Shown piece by piece: positions 11,301-19,573 of a DNA stretch of 60,907 nucleotides. The stretch is taken from positions 1 through 60,907 of the forward strand of contig JBEBGD010000024.1 of the NCBI GenBank assembly GCA_040081625.1. Reading direction: 5' to 3'. Under the pieces are notes generated by a model. It saw nothing but the letters and a program-made list of their open reading frames with translations, did not search any database and had not been told where the DNA came from. Position 1 is the stretch's first letter. Each line of letters begins with the position of its first letter. This DNA comes from Chthoniobacteraceae bacterium (GTDB lineage: Bacteria; Verrucomicrobiota; Verrucomicrobiia; Chthoniobacterales; Chthoniobacteraceae). Position numbers and translations under genes: made by a program.

Positions 11301-11486
11301 TCCAATCCGATGTCCGCGACGTTCGCGATCGCAGGCGACTTCTTCCGCCTCGACTACGATGCCGGCGGCGGGTTCAGGGTCGATCTCATTTCCGTCCCGG
11401 AGCCCGGCGCGCTCGCCTCGCTCATCGGCGGGTTGGGGATGCTGCTCGGTCTGCAGCGCTTCCGCCGCCGCGCGGAAGGGCGCTAG
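5307..11486 (+). CDS. Large secreted adhesin-like protein with autotransporter-associated beta-strand repeats and a C-terminal PEP-CTERM sorting signal
   Basis: 2059 aa, GTG start, signal peptide, G/T/N/S-rich. About 7 repeats of type LTKxGxGxLxLxGxNxFxG. Ends VPEPGALASLIGGLGMLLGLQRFRRR; no autotransporter beta-barrel. Confidence 0.92.
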   Translation: MNKTFPRLICAGSIAAFLLGSLTCPPEAKAVVLHWTGTTSNTWATFNNWSINPAVNTNPAFVVPGAADVATFNWTGGIPANQIATIGVGRNAGELVFGANSTTAINLGASGLTLTLAGVNDATVGAITGIRVDSGAAAHTISANLALSATQVWKNSSPTNNFTIGGSFTPGAANLTLNSASTRGFVFGGAVTLGNTTTWTNDSLTGGFTIGPVTTTLNAGVNWTLAGAGAISVGGTFVARAGSNDTVTISGTGARSFNNIDLSDTAANNFLTMSIPGGSAVTVLGPVANGGTSTASGLTKNGVGSLTLTGLNSFAGLLAINDGAVILTNSNTAAFPVTLGQSASPATLTPRLTVDQPTLVGTITFQNGGGASPGGVIDTTSTGTLRLVGTTTISVADTSVAPNAGRDDLAINVPIVNDAGTARAATKTGLGNLVFNGANSFTGTLTISSGQVIVRTSNSNAGGLTMTPNATTPTKLLLENGADFRMFGTLTTNTTAAASGLEIANGLTAGGRVLLNPGATAVSRTFNVLDNTAAANDLIITVPIADGGTGPSSISKEGAGQLVFRADNTFAGPLSFYRGTTVVDYGFSQAGKLSDLGDLQPRGGVLTLSSSTIGPVAEVVGNLSPGGSNLGPLTVNPSPAGAEPASHGNLNGTASPSGGASLINLVSNNNQDISLTFSGFLRNPGGGIVTLAVNDPAHAQFRTTQVNNSAGLLAVNAILGGRWIANDGSGRIVQAVGVTNSDQSQWQSTQHIQVATQPTGVLTTNRIGALSFTGGDATLTINNSTRSLTLTTAGVLLASGASASVVEIAGGKLMTELPYRSAAGADILLQNFATGLLKVSSNLGHSDAPLGNTLFITIAGTGVVELAGKSTSLPTYNGNTILRGAVKVIGGATLRVSGGDAISDYLPLDLGTNGDVAGNFQLNGASEAIGGILSVNTNQGNNGGSISLGTGGALTLNQTISAETFSGTITGTSASLIKQGNQTTTLASATATNPFAFTGSVQVLGGLLDLTGANPGITGVTSILLRDGEIRSEQNQASIVNKLGDSATVRLEGTRNDGLRVTSNQNGRSESVLALEVNASANSVTVNANNATTPLTLSFTKSTAGLVRSNAATMLVRGDDLGGGAGGTATNTARILFTSGVTGLVGGGTTSGSTISILPWAIGSTADPVAAVVGDSFVTYGTNGLRPLAPSEYTTGYPPAPATSNFTTNTTQTGLATATLNSLRMDTSAGPVSMTGVGGGTNILTISSGAILVSAGATTNNATIDGYFRLDPGAQSEYVIHVTSSSATAADTVLTIAPFITESGAGNVSVTKSGTGTLELTGTGNNFQGGLTVNQGVLQFGNINNIGSSTGLVRLAGGTLKWTGATTVDVSAHPIELRGPVSYYTPAGTGAAGNALNRGSTIDTGIQTVTIAGPSGSGGLVKIGTGTLTVSTAPTYTGGTVHMQGLLELPSLTTSSGLYIMPENFNGQENIGVQVNVTNALSVQQLIVGGVFTTTSTLNSAGTLVVGTPSIHPAVTIGNGGGDSYILVGYRDELAATATAGTVVSGIADFTKAGSVDINVSRIFLGQNKGGATGTFRTDGDMRLASTGTNNVTAGVVLVGNSPGPDSTGAGGTISTLFLGGGLNNFKVDSMVIGGQNSNGKVDLATGGTFVLRDRSGLGGANVFIGDNDDNTGTIQDFNNTTLDTTGGSIDAKINLLVIGRHGAGTGGGEGALRFKAGTIEATTVQMGVISNRGNSTNPAQTVSEITQGGGTFRFGTLSRGGAAGVSARYNWDEGTIEPIAGMNAFNQNVFITTKPGINGLPHFLNVPFGATMTFGSGAGFDGTDDVTKTGQGTLILQGASTHGATFVNEGTLLANNTSASATGSGFVRVEGGAELGGSGRITGTTIIKNGGKLTVGAIAGSIGAFQLADLDIQEGGILELEIKTNGAAPFSDELTLNGSMNLDPDIDPMTNPILSLTKLSGATLAEGVTIPLINYFGGWDGGLFKVNGEVIDDYDDFSNPMSATFAIAGDFFRLDYDAGGGFRVDLISVPEPGALASLIGGLGMLLGLQRFRRRAEGR

Positions 11487-12469
11487 TTTCCGTCGCCCGT
11501 CCCGCCATCCGGCGGATGCTCCAAGCCGTGCGTGAGCAGCAGCATCGAATCCTCCCACTTCTCCTGCCTGCCGTCGTGCATCACGCACGCGATCACCTCC
11601 CGCCCGTCGCGCATCGCCGCGCTCACGAGCGTGCCCTGCGCGGGGTTCGTGTAGCCGGTCTTCACGCCCGTGCAGCCCTCGAAGCGCGTCAGCAGCGCGT
11701 TGTGATTGCTGAGCTGCCAGAGCTCCGGCGTCGCTCCCGGCACTGCGAAGCGATTCCACGCAAACCGCAGCGTGCCCACGATGCGGCGGAAAAGTGGCTG
11801 CTGCATCGCGTGGCGCGTGATGAGCGCGAGGTCGTGCGGCGAGGTGTAGTGCTCGGTGTGATGAAGGCCATGCGGATTGCGAAAGCTCGAAGTCGTCGCG
11901 CCGAGCTCCCTCGCGCGCTGGGTCATCTTTAGCGCGAAGGCTTCCATCGTGCCGGCGTTGTCGCGTCCCAGCGAATGCGCCACGTCGTTCGCGCTCTTGA
12001 GCATGAGGCCGTAGAGCATCTGCCGCCGTGTGTAGCGGTCGCCCGGACGGAGCGAGAGGCTGCTCTCGCCGACCTTCGAGTCTTCCCCGGTCACGAGCAC
12101 TTCGCGGTCGAGATCGCCGGCTTCGATGACCAGCAAAGCCGTCAGAATCTTCGTCGTGCTTGCGGGATACTGCGGCGCGTAGCCATTCTTCTCGTAGAGC
12201 GTCGCGCCGGTGAATCCATCGATGACGATCGCGCCTCGCGCGCTGAGTGGAATCTCGCCCGGCTGGAGCAGGCGGAACTGCTTTGGCATTTTCCCGGCCT
12301 CGCCGGGTCGGGGCTTGTCGTCGTCCGCGGGTGGCCGGATCACGGAAACTGCGGGCTTCTTGAGCGAAGGCTTCGCGGGCGTCTTGCGCTTCTTCGTCGC
12401 GGCTTCGGACGGTGTGAGCGCGATGAGTATCCAGCATCCGATCAAAGCAGCGGCGCGCCCTCGTCTCAT
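11483..12469 (-). CDS. D-alanyl-D-alanine carboxypeptidase, peptidase S11 family (second copy)
   Basis: ATG 12469 overlaps the upstream stop (ATGA); signal peptide, Lys/Pro linker, PASTTK, SAN, FRNPHGL, VKTGYT. Confidence 0.92.
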   Translation of the reverse strand: MRRGRAAALIGCWILIALTPSEAATKKRKTPAKPSLKKPAVSVIRPPADDDKPRPGEAGKMPKQFRLLQPGEIPLSARGAIVIDGFTGATLYEKNGYAPQYPASTTKILTALLVIEAGDLDREVLVTGEDSKVGESSLSLRPGDRYTRRQMLYGLMLKSANDVAHSLGRDNAGTMEAFALKMTQRARELGATTSSFRNPHGLHHTEHYTSPHDLALITRHAMQQPLFRRIVGTLRFAWNRFAVPGATPELWQLSNHNALLTRFEGCTGVKTGYTNPAQGTLVSAAMRDGREVIACVMHDGRQEKWEDSMLLLTHGLEHPPDGGTGDGN

Positions 12470-13692
12470 TGGATGCCGGATGTTTTCACCGTTCCATCGA
12501 TCATCAGCCAGGGAATCCGACCCGCGTATTGCACGATCTCTTCGTGGACATGCGCCACGCTGCCAGACACCGGCACCGCGATCAAGTCGGCCAGCGCGCC
12601 CGGCGCGATTTTTCCGAGCTGCGCCTCGCGGCGCAAGGCGCGGGCCGGATGCGTGGTGACCGTGCGCAGCAGCTCCTCGTCGCTGAGGGTCGGCTCGGCT
12701 CCGGAGAGGAGGCGCAACTCCGAGAGGAGACTGAGCGAATCGGTGCTCGCGAGGCTGTCGGTGCCGGTGCACAGGTTCACGCCGAGGTCGCGGAGGCGCC
12801 GCCACGCGAACGGCTCGCGGCCGAAGTAGCGGTGCGTGCCGGGGCAATGGACGATGGCCGGTTTGTGCTCGCGTGCGAGCCCGGCGAGCAACTCGAAATC
12901 CCCGGCGCCCAGTCGATTCATGTGCGCGAGGATCCATCGCGAGTCGATCGCGCCGGCCTTCCACAGATGCGCAAAGGGTGTCGTCGCGCCGCAGTCGCGC
13001 ATCGGCCTGCCGAGCGACGCCAGGAAATCGTGCAGCGGCCCGCGAGCCGCCTCGAACATCTCGAACTCCTCGTCGCTCTCCGCGACGTGCGTGGTCAGTG
13101 GCATGTCGAAGGCACGCGCGCAGTCATTCGAGAGCCGGTAGAGATCGAGCGATGCCGTGAACGGAGCGTGCGGGCTCAGCCCGAACCTCGCGAACGATGC
13201 GCCGCGCTTTTGGAAAAAGGCCAGCGCGCCCGCGACCACGTCCTCGGTCGTAAAGCGATGCCGGATATCGATCATCTCGTAGAACCAGCACGTGCGGATC
13301 GGCGGGTCGGGCATTCGTGACATCAGTTCCGGGAAGCTCGCGATCGTGCACACGGTCGTCGTCCCCCAGTTCAGGCAGTGCTCGAATCCGTCGGCGATCG
13401 ACTTCAGGCAATCCTCCGGCTCCATCGTGCGCTTGATCGCGTTGATCCGCTTCACCCACCCCGCGAAGCTGCGCTGCGGCAGGATCGCGCCGCGGAGCAT
13501 CGTGTAGTCGAGATGGCAGTGCGCATTGATCAGCCCCGGCATGAGCGCGACCTCGCCGAGATCATGCACCGGTCCGCCGTCGAACTCGCCGGCCCGGCCG
13601 ACCGCGACGATCTGCGAGCCCTCGACGAGCACGGCGCCGTTCTCGATCGGCGGACCTTCCATGGGGACGACGATACGGGCGCGGAGGATCAT
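12466..13692 (-). CDS. Metal-dependent amidohydrolase (MTA/SAH- or aminodeoxyfutalosine-deaminase-like)
   Basis: ATG 13692; MPGLINAHCHL (HxH), SPHAPF, THVAES, LAH, GTDSLAS, GKIAPGALADL. Confidence 0.85.
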   Translation of the reverse strand: MILRARIVVPMEGPPIENGAVLVEGSQIVAVGRAGEFDGGPVHDLGEVALMPGLINAHCHLDYTMLRGAILPQRSFAGWVKRINAIKRTMEPEDCLKSIADGFEHCLNWGTTTVCTIASFPELMSRMPDPPIRTCWFYEMIDIRHRFTTEDVVAGALAFFQKRGASFARFGLSPHAPFTASLDLYRLSNDCARAFDMPLTTHVAESDEEFEMFEAARGPLHDFLASLGRPMRDCGATTPFAHLWKAGAIDSRWILAHMNRLGAGDFELLAGLAREHKPAIVHCPGTHRYFGREPFAWRRLRDLGVNLCTGTDSLASTDSLSLLSELRLLSGAEPTLSDEELLRTVTTHPARALRREAQLGKIAPGALADLIAVPVSGSVAHVHEEIVQYAGRIPWLMIDGTVKTSGIQ

Positions 13693-14270
13693 TGTTCCTT
13701 CACGACTCTGCGCATCTCGGCCACGAGCAGGTTGCACGCTTCATGGCAGAGCAGGGGAAGCTCGCGCGGCACGATGCGCGGGGGCTGCGGGTTCGGCGCG
13801 TCGATCTCCCAGAGCCGTTGCTTGAGGCAGTCGGCGCAGAAGCGCTCGATCGTCGCGCGCGCCTGCACGTCGGCGATCTGTTGCGTCACGCGATACATCC
13901 CGGTCTGCCGCGCGAGCGTCCCGCGCAGCGGCACGGCTGCCAGTTCGCCGCGCGAGAAGCTGGCCGCGCAGCCGGACATCGCGGGATAGAAATAATCGAG
14001 CGCGCGCCTAAGCTGCGCGGCGTCCGGGAGTGTGAGCCGCCAGCCGCGCGCGAGCGTGGGCGCGGTCTTGAGGGGACGAAAGTTTCCCGCGTCGTCGAAG
14101 TTCGCGAGGTGCCGCGCCGCTTCCGCCGAGGTGTGCGCGACGAGGTCATCGCGATCGCTGTCCAGTTCATGCCGAAGCTCGAAACCCGCTCCGGGCCGGA
14201 TGATGACCTGACCGATGCGATTCCCGCCCGCGGCCAGCCAATCGACGAGAGTCCGCGTGAGATCCCGCAT
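13689..14270 (-). CDS. DR2241-family protein with putative 4Fe-4S Cys motif
   Basis: ATG 14270 coupled to the cbiX stop (TGATG); FRPLKTAPTLARGW, RQTGMYR, CADCLKQRLW...LLCHEACN (4 Cys). Confidence 0.75.
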   Translation of the reverse strand: MRDLTRTLVDWLAAGGNRIGQVIIRPGAGFELRHELDSDRDDLVAHTSAEAARHLANFDDAGNFRPLKTAPTLARGWRLTLPDAAQLRRALDYFYPAMSGCAASFSRGELAAVPLRGTLARQTGMYRVTQQIADVQARATIERFCADCLKQRLWEIDAPNPQPPRIVPRELPLLCHEACNLLVAEMRRVVKEQ

Positions 14271-15082
14271 CAGGCCGCGTGCTGGGCGTCGAAGGCCGCG
14301 ACCTGGCCGAGGATCACCTCGGCGAGCAGCGGTTCGGTGCCGATGGCGCTCGCGTAGTGGAGGGTGTGTCCGCGCAGACGATACGGGTTGTTCTCGAAAA
14401 GCTCCTTCGCGTTCGCGCTCGCCGCGCCGCGCGATCCCTCGGCGATGCCGAGCAGCACGGGGATGTCCTCGTAGCTGTGCAGGCCATCGGAGATGAAAAA
14501 CGGGACGACGATCACGTTCGGATGGGCCGCGAGTTCGTGCCATTTCGAGATGAGCGGCTCCTGCTCCATGTAGGCGTTGCGCACTTCGCCGAAGCGCCCG
14601 AGCGCGGCGATCCGCTCGACTTCCCGCTTCGCGGCGACCGCGGAGTTCTCATTCAAGTCGGTGCCATGCCCGACGATGAAAAGCGTCGTCTCGCGCGGAT
14701 CGGCGCCGGGCGCGACCTCCGCCGCTCGGCGAAGCAGCAGCTCCGTCATGCGCGGGTGATTGCCGACCGGCTCGCAGTATTTGATCGTGCGCCCATCGCG
14801 CCGTGTGAGCGGACCATCGAGCTCGAGTTCGCGCGGGATGACCGAGCGGGTGAAGTAGCCTTCGCTGATGAAGTTCGGCACCACGTAGATGTCGTCGCGG
14901 TCGATCATGTGAAAGACCTGCCGGAAGCCCGGCTCCTCCTTCCAAAAGCAGCAGTGAACCTCGCCGAAGACGCCGCTGCGCACGATCGCCTCCGCGTGGT
15001 CGAAGGTCGGCGCGTTCGAGTCCTGGTTCACGGTCGAACCGTGTCCGGCGATCACGAGTGCGCTGTTCGGTTTGGAAATCAT
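14270..15082 (-). CDS. CbiX/SirB-type class II chelatase (two-domain)
   Basis: LVIAGHGS, FWKEEP, VVPNFISEG, EPVGNHP, second lobe VGHGT...VPFFISDGLHSYEDIP, IGTEP. Confidence 0.85.
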   Translation of the reverse strand: MISKPNSALVIAGHGSTVNQDSNAPTFDHAEAIVRSGVFGEVHCCFWKEEPGFRQVFHMIDRDDIYVVPNFISEGYFTRSVIPRELELDGPLTRRDGRTIKYCEPVGNHPRMTELLLRRAAEVAPGADPRETTLFIVGHGTDLNENSAVAAKREVERIAALGRFGEVRNAYMEQEPLISKWHELAAHPNVIVVPFFISDGLHSYEDIPVLLGIAEGSRGAASANAKELFENNPYRLRGHTLHYASAIGTEPLLAEVILGQVAAFDAQHAA

Positions 15083-15198
15083 GGACGGAATTGGCTACGG
15101 GCACGGCGTTGGCAAGTCCACAGCTTTCCGCGCCGGCACACTCGCGGGCACCGATGCTGCTTAAACTGCGCGTCGCCTCTTAGCCCAACACCACGACC

Positions 15199-18100
15199 AT
15201 GCCCGCGAAACCCATCTTCTCATCCTCCATCGAACCCCTCGAAGCCCGCATCGCGCCAGCGCTGCTCGTCAACGGCGCCAACCTGCTCGGCGGCGCCAGC
15301 CCCAGCTCGGGCGAGACTTCCGTGGGCAATTATTCGGTCACTCTCGTCAAGGTGCTCGCCGGCCAGGCGCTCGTGTGGTTCGACGGATTCAACATCACCA
15401 GCATCTCGGTCGGTCCGGGCGCGAAGCTCGACATCACCGGCGACGTGCGCGGCGACATCATCGGCAACCTGACCGCCGATGGTTCGCTCTCCGATTCGGA
15501 CGGTGACCCGACGAATGGCGAGGACGGCGGCGTGCTCCTGGCGAATGACATCCTCGGCATCAAGACCCGACCGCTTTCCAGCCAGAAGGGTGACGTGCCG
15601 CACATCATCACCGGCGGCTCGATCAGCAATGTGGACATCTCCGGCGTCAGCGAGGGCATCTACGCGGGCGACGGCGTCTTTCGCGCGGAGTCGCGCCTGC
15701 TCATGGCCGGGACGGTCGGCTCATCGGTTGGTTCGCTGGACATCAATCCCGTCGTTCCTGGCGTGCAGGGGTCGTTCAACTTGACCAGCAACATGGTGCA
15801 GCTCTCGCAGCTCAAGGCCGGCGCTTCGATCAGCAACATCAAGCTCACCGGCGCCAGCCAGCTCCAGATGTTCGCTGGCAACGGAAGTCCCGACGGGACG
15901 GTCGCCGCGGGCAATGGGCCGGCGGGCGGCAGCATCACGACCGTGAAGATCGAAACGGCGAGCGTGCCGATCAACGCGCCAGTCGATACGCCGAGCTACC
16001 ACCTCATCACCGGCGACGGCGCCGCGGGAAAGCGCGGCGGCGCGGGCGGCTCGATCAACACGGTGATCGAGGCTGCATCGTCGGGTCCGGTTATTTTTTT
16101 CACCGGCCAGGGCGGCCTCGGCACCGCCGGCGCGGGCGGCGCGGGCGGCAGCATCCTCAATCTCGACCTCCAGAGCGCCAGCTCACGCTACACCGCCACC
16201 GCCGGCGATGGCGGCGCCGGGACTCCCGGTGGTGCGGGCGGCAAGCTCTTCAACAACAACTTCTCCAACCGCACGCCGACCACGGGCGTGCTCATCTCCG
16301 CGGACTTCACCGGTGATGGACTCGACGACGTGCTCGTCGCCGATCCCGGCACCGGCCAGATGGTGCTGAGCAAGAACATCGGGAACGGAAACAACTTCGT
16401 GCAGGTCGGGCAGGAGCCGGGCTCCGTGCTCATCGACACGGCCGGCATCTCGCCCGTCGATGGACTCGCGAGCGACATGGATGGCGACGGCGATCTCGAT
16501 GCCATCATCCTCTACAAGGACGGAACGCTCGCGATCTTCCTCAACAAGGGCGAGAGCGCGCCGGGCGCGAATGACGGCGGCGTCTTCTACGATCCCAATG
16601 CGAACAACGGCGCGGGCGGATTCGAAATCCTTTCGTTCGACCTCGGCTACCGGCCCTCGAAAATCGCGCAGGTCACTCCCGGCGGATTCAGCTTCGTGAT
16701 CGCCGAAAACACCGAGGGCAAAGGCACGCTGCACCTGCTCTCGATGGCCGCATTCGGTGGCGAGTTGAGCACGAGCGTGCTGAGCAGTGTCAAAAAATTC
16801 AGCATCCCGATCGTCGATATCGTGGGTCACTACGCCGGGCTGAGCAACGGGCAGATCACGCGCTTTGACTTCACCTTCGACGAGCAGAATGCCTTCGCGA
16901 CGGTGGAGACTCTGCCGAACGTCTTGACGGGCGGGCTCGTGGATCTCGATCTCGACGCCGACGGCACGCACCTGCTCGCGCTCAGCGGCAGCCGCTCGAT
17001 GGCGGTGTATGACGTCGGTGGCGTCACGCCAGCCCCGTCGGTTGTCATCCCGCTCAATCAGCTCCCCGGCACTCCGCTGCTCGCCAAGTTCGTGCGGGAC
17101 TCGGACCCGAACACGGTGGACTCGATCGTCGTGCTCAGCGCCGTCGGTGACGGCGCGCAATTCACCAGCTTCGAGCCGATCGACGACGGCAATGCCTCGA
17201 CCCTCGATCCCTTCGTGCAGGCGGCTTCACTCGTCAGCTCGACGCCGCTCAAGAACTTCGCGCCAGTCTATGGCAGCACCGAACCCGATCTCGCGGCGCT
17301 GGCCGGCGCGTTGAGCAGCTTCACGCTCGTCCAGTCCCTCGCGAGCGACGGCGCCTTCCCGCTTCCGTTCGCGAACAAGAAAGTAACGCTCACCGGCGGC
17401 GACGGCGGCTTCGGCATGGACATCGGCAGGAAGCTCGGCAAGGGCGGCGCGGGCGGCTCCGTCACCGGCACGAATGCGGATGCGCAGGAAATCAAAATCA
17501 TCGCAGGCATCGGCGGCAACAGCACCAATGGCGCAGCCGGCGCGGGCGGGTCGATCTCGAACTCGATCACTCCCAGCCTTGCGCTGGCGGGCCTCGCGGC
17601 GGGCAGTTTCAAGACGGCGGGCGGGACCATTGTCACGCCGCGGCTCATCGCCGAGACCAAGATCGAACTCACCGCCGGCATCGGCGGAATGCCCACCGGC
17701 GCGGACGTCAAGAGCGCTGCGGGCGGCGCGGGCGGCGATCTCTTCGGCCTGAACGTCACGCTCACCGCTGGCGACACGCTCACGCTCGCGGCGGGTGCGG
17801 GCGGCATCGGCAATGGTGGTGCGGGCGGCGCAGGTGGCGGCGTGAAGAATGTCCACTCACTCGCGCAGAGCGGCAGCCTCGTCGCGATCGGCGGCCTCGG
17901 CGGCGCCGCGATGGGCAACACCGGGAACGGCGGCGCAGGCGGCGCGATCGTGAACTTCACCCACGAACTCGCACTCGATGCCGACCAGGAGAAGGTCGAG
18001 CAACCTTACAGCGTCACCATCACGGCCGGCGCGGGCGGGACTTCCATGAAGGCGATCGGTGGCGCCGGTGGCGACCTCTCGGGCATCTCGCTGAAACTCG

Positions 18101-19533
18101 ACGGCGCAGATCGCACCTACGCGGACGGGAGCGCGAATCCCCCGCTCATCGATGCGCATCTCGATACCACCGTCACGATCACCGGGGCAGCCGGCGCGGG
18201 TGGCAGTGGATTCACCGGCGGCGGCCCCGGCGGCAACTTCCGCGGCTTCACATCCGACAGCGTCTTCGACCAGCAAGTCAGCAGCGGCGTCTATATCAAC
18301 TACGTCGTGCTCGGCTTGTTCGCCGGCCCGGGCGGCAATGCGACCTCTGGCAACGGCGGCAATGGTGGCTCCGTAGTGCTCGCGCGGCCGATCTCGGGGA
18401 TCAGTTCGTTCGATCCCGACATGCCCGGATACGATCCGGCGACTCCGGCGCTGTTCGTCGCGGGCGGCGTCGGCGGCGAAGGCTCGGTGCGCGGTGGAAA
18501 CGGCGGCGGAGTCTCCGGCCTCGTCGCGCAAAACTCTCCCGCCGCCAGCGGCGACAATCTCACGCGCAATCAGCTCTTCGGTGCGCTCGTCCTCGGCGGC
18601 GTGGCTGGCAATGGCGGCACCGGCGATGGCGGCATCGGTGGCACCGTGAGCAGCGCGCTGCTCGGCGTCTTCGGTGGCAATCTCGATATCCTCGGCGGCA
18701 GCGGCGGCGCTTCGGTTGCCGCGAAGGGCGGCGCAGGGGGCGGCGTCACGACGAGCGAGTTCGGCCTCGTCGACTCCGGCTTTGCGCTCGGCATGTCGGT
18801 CGCGGGCGGCGGCGGCGGCGCGGGCAAGACTGCCGGCGGCGCGGGCGGCAACCTCTTGAACCTCCGCATCAATACGCCACAGAGCACATTCAGTCTCTCG
18901 GCCGCACTGGTCGCAGGAAGCGGCGGTGACGCGAACGCTGCCGCAGGTCTCGCTGGCAAAGGCGGCGACGTGAACGGCGTGACACAGGCCAAGGACTTCA
19001 ACAGCTCGATCAATCTCATCCAGGCCGGCAACGGCGGTGACAACCTGCTGGGCAAAGCCGGCGCCGGAGGCAACGTGCTCAACGTCAAGACCGTCGGCTT
19101 CGTCGGCCGCCGCAGCGACAGCGTCGGCACGCGGCTCGGCGTGTTCGACTCATCGCTCGTGGACGATGACAACGATCCGATGACGCCTCCCATCTCGATC
19201 TTCCCGACGATCGCGCAGGGCATCTTCTCCGGTCGCGGCGGCGACGGGGTGACCGACGGCATCAATGGCTCGATTAGCAACATCGCCGCGCGGCAGATCG
19301 CGGCGATGGCAGCGGCGGCGGATCCCATGAGCGGCATTTTCGCGGTCGCTAGCAAGATCAGCAACGTGAAGGCCGCGCTCATCGGCTTCGATGCGGATGG
19401 CGACGGCGTCTTCGACACGACTGCGGCCGACGGAGCCACGCCGGGCGCGACGAAACCCGTGGACGGCTTCATCCTCGCCGCCGCGCTCTCGAAAGTCACC
19501 GGCAGCCGCGCCGCGTTCACATTCGCGGCGTAG
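15199..19533 (+). CDS. Large Gly-rich extracellular protein with N-terminal LEPR-XLL/planctomycete-type leader and FG-GAP/VCBS-like motifs
   Basis: 1444 aa; begins MPAKPIFSSSIEPLEARIAPA with no classical hydrophobic signal; many GxGGxGG..GGxGG blocks; DFTGDGLDDVLV and DMDGDGDLDAII. Confidence 0.85.
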   Translation: MPAKPIFSSSIEPLEARIAPALLVNGANLLGGASPSSGETSVGNYSVTLVKVLAGQALVWFDGFNITSISVGPGAKLDITGDVRGDIIGNLTADGSLSDSDGDPTNGEDGGVLLANDILGIKTRPLSSQKGDVPHIITGGSISNVDISGVSEGIYAGDGVFRAESRLLMAGTVGSSVGSLDINPVVPGVQGSFNLTSNMVQLSQLKAGASISNIKLTGASQLQMFAGNGSPDGTVAAGNGPAGGSITTVKIETASVPINAPVDTPSYHLITGDGAAGKRGGAGGSINTVIEAASSGPVIFFTGQGGLGTAGAGGAGGSILNLDLQSASSRYTATAGDGGAGTPGGAGGKLFNNNFSNRTPTTGVLISADFTGDGLDDVLVADPGTGQMVLSKNIGNGNNFVQVGQEPGSVLIDTAGISPVDGLASDMDGDGDLDAIILYKDGTLAIFLNKGESAPGANDGGVFYDPNANNGAGGFEILSFDLGYRPSKIAQVTPGGFSFVIAENTEGKGTLHLLSMAAFGGELSTSVLSSVKKFSIPIVDIVGHYAGLSNGQITRFDFTFDEQNAFATVETLPNVLTGGLVDLDLDADGTHLLALSGSRSMAVYDVGGVTPAPSVVIPLNQLPGTPLLAKFVRDSDPNTVDSIVVLSAVGDGAQFTSFEPIDDGNASTLDPFVQAASLVSSTPLKNFAPVYGSTEPDLAALAGALSSFTLVQSLASDGAFPLPFANKKVTLTGGDGGFGMDIGRKLGKGGAGGSVTGTNADAQEIKIIAGIGGNSTNGAAGAGGSISNSITPSLALAGLAAGSFKTAGGTIVTPRLIAETKIELTAGIGGMPTGADVKSAAGGAGGDLFGLNVTLTAGDTLTLAAGAGGIGNGGAGGAGGGVKNVHSLAQSGSLVAIGGLGGAAMGNTGNGGAGGAIVNFTHELALDADQEKVEQPYSVTITAGAGGTSMKAIGGAGGDLSGISLKLDGADRTYADGSANPPLIDAHLDTTVTITGAAGAGGSGFTGGGPGGNFRGFTSDSVFDQQVSSGVYINYVVLGLFAGPGGNATSGNGGNGGSVVLARPISGISSFDPDMPGYDPATPALFVAGGVGGEGSVRGGNGGGVSGLVAQNSPAASGDNLTRNQLFGALVLGGVAGNGGTGDGGIGGTVSSALLGVFGGNLDILGGSGGASVAAKGGAGGGVTTSEFGLVDSGFALGMSVAGGGGGAGKTAGGAGGNLLNLRINTPQSTFSLSAALVAGSGGDANAAAGLAGKGGDVNGVTQAKDFNSSINLIQAGNGGDNLLGKAGAGGNVLNVKTVGFVGRRSDSVGTRLGVFDSSLVDDDNDPMTPPISIFPTIAQGIFSGRGGDGVTDGINGSISNIAARQIAAMAAAADPMSGIFAVASKISNVKAALIGFDADGDGVFDTTAADGATPGATKPVDGFILAAALSKVTGSRAAFTFAA

Positions 19534-19573
19534 CATCTTGTCGCCGGCGGCGTGGGCGTTCATAACGCTGCGC

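Noticed and set aside
16000..19300. PE-PGRS or collagen assignment for the Gly-rich protein
   Set aside because: There is no PE domain and no continuous Gly-X-Y; the similarity is low-complexity only.
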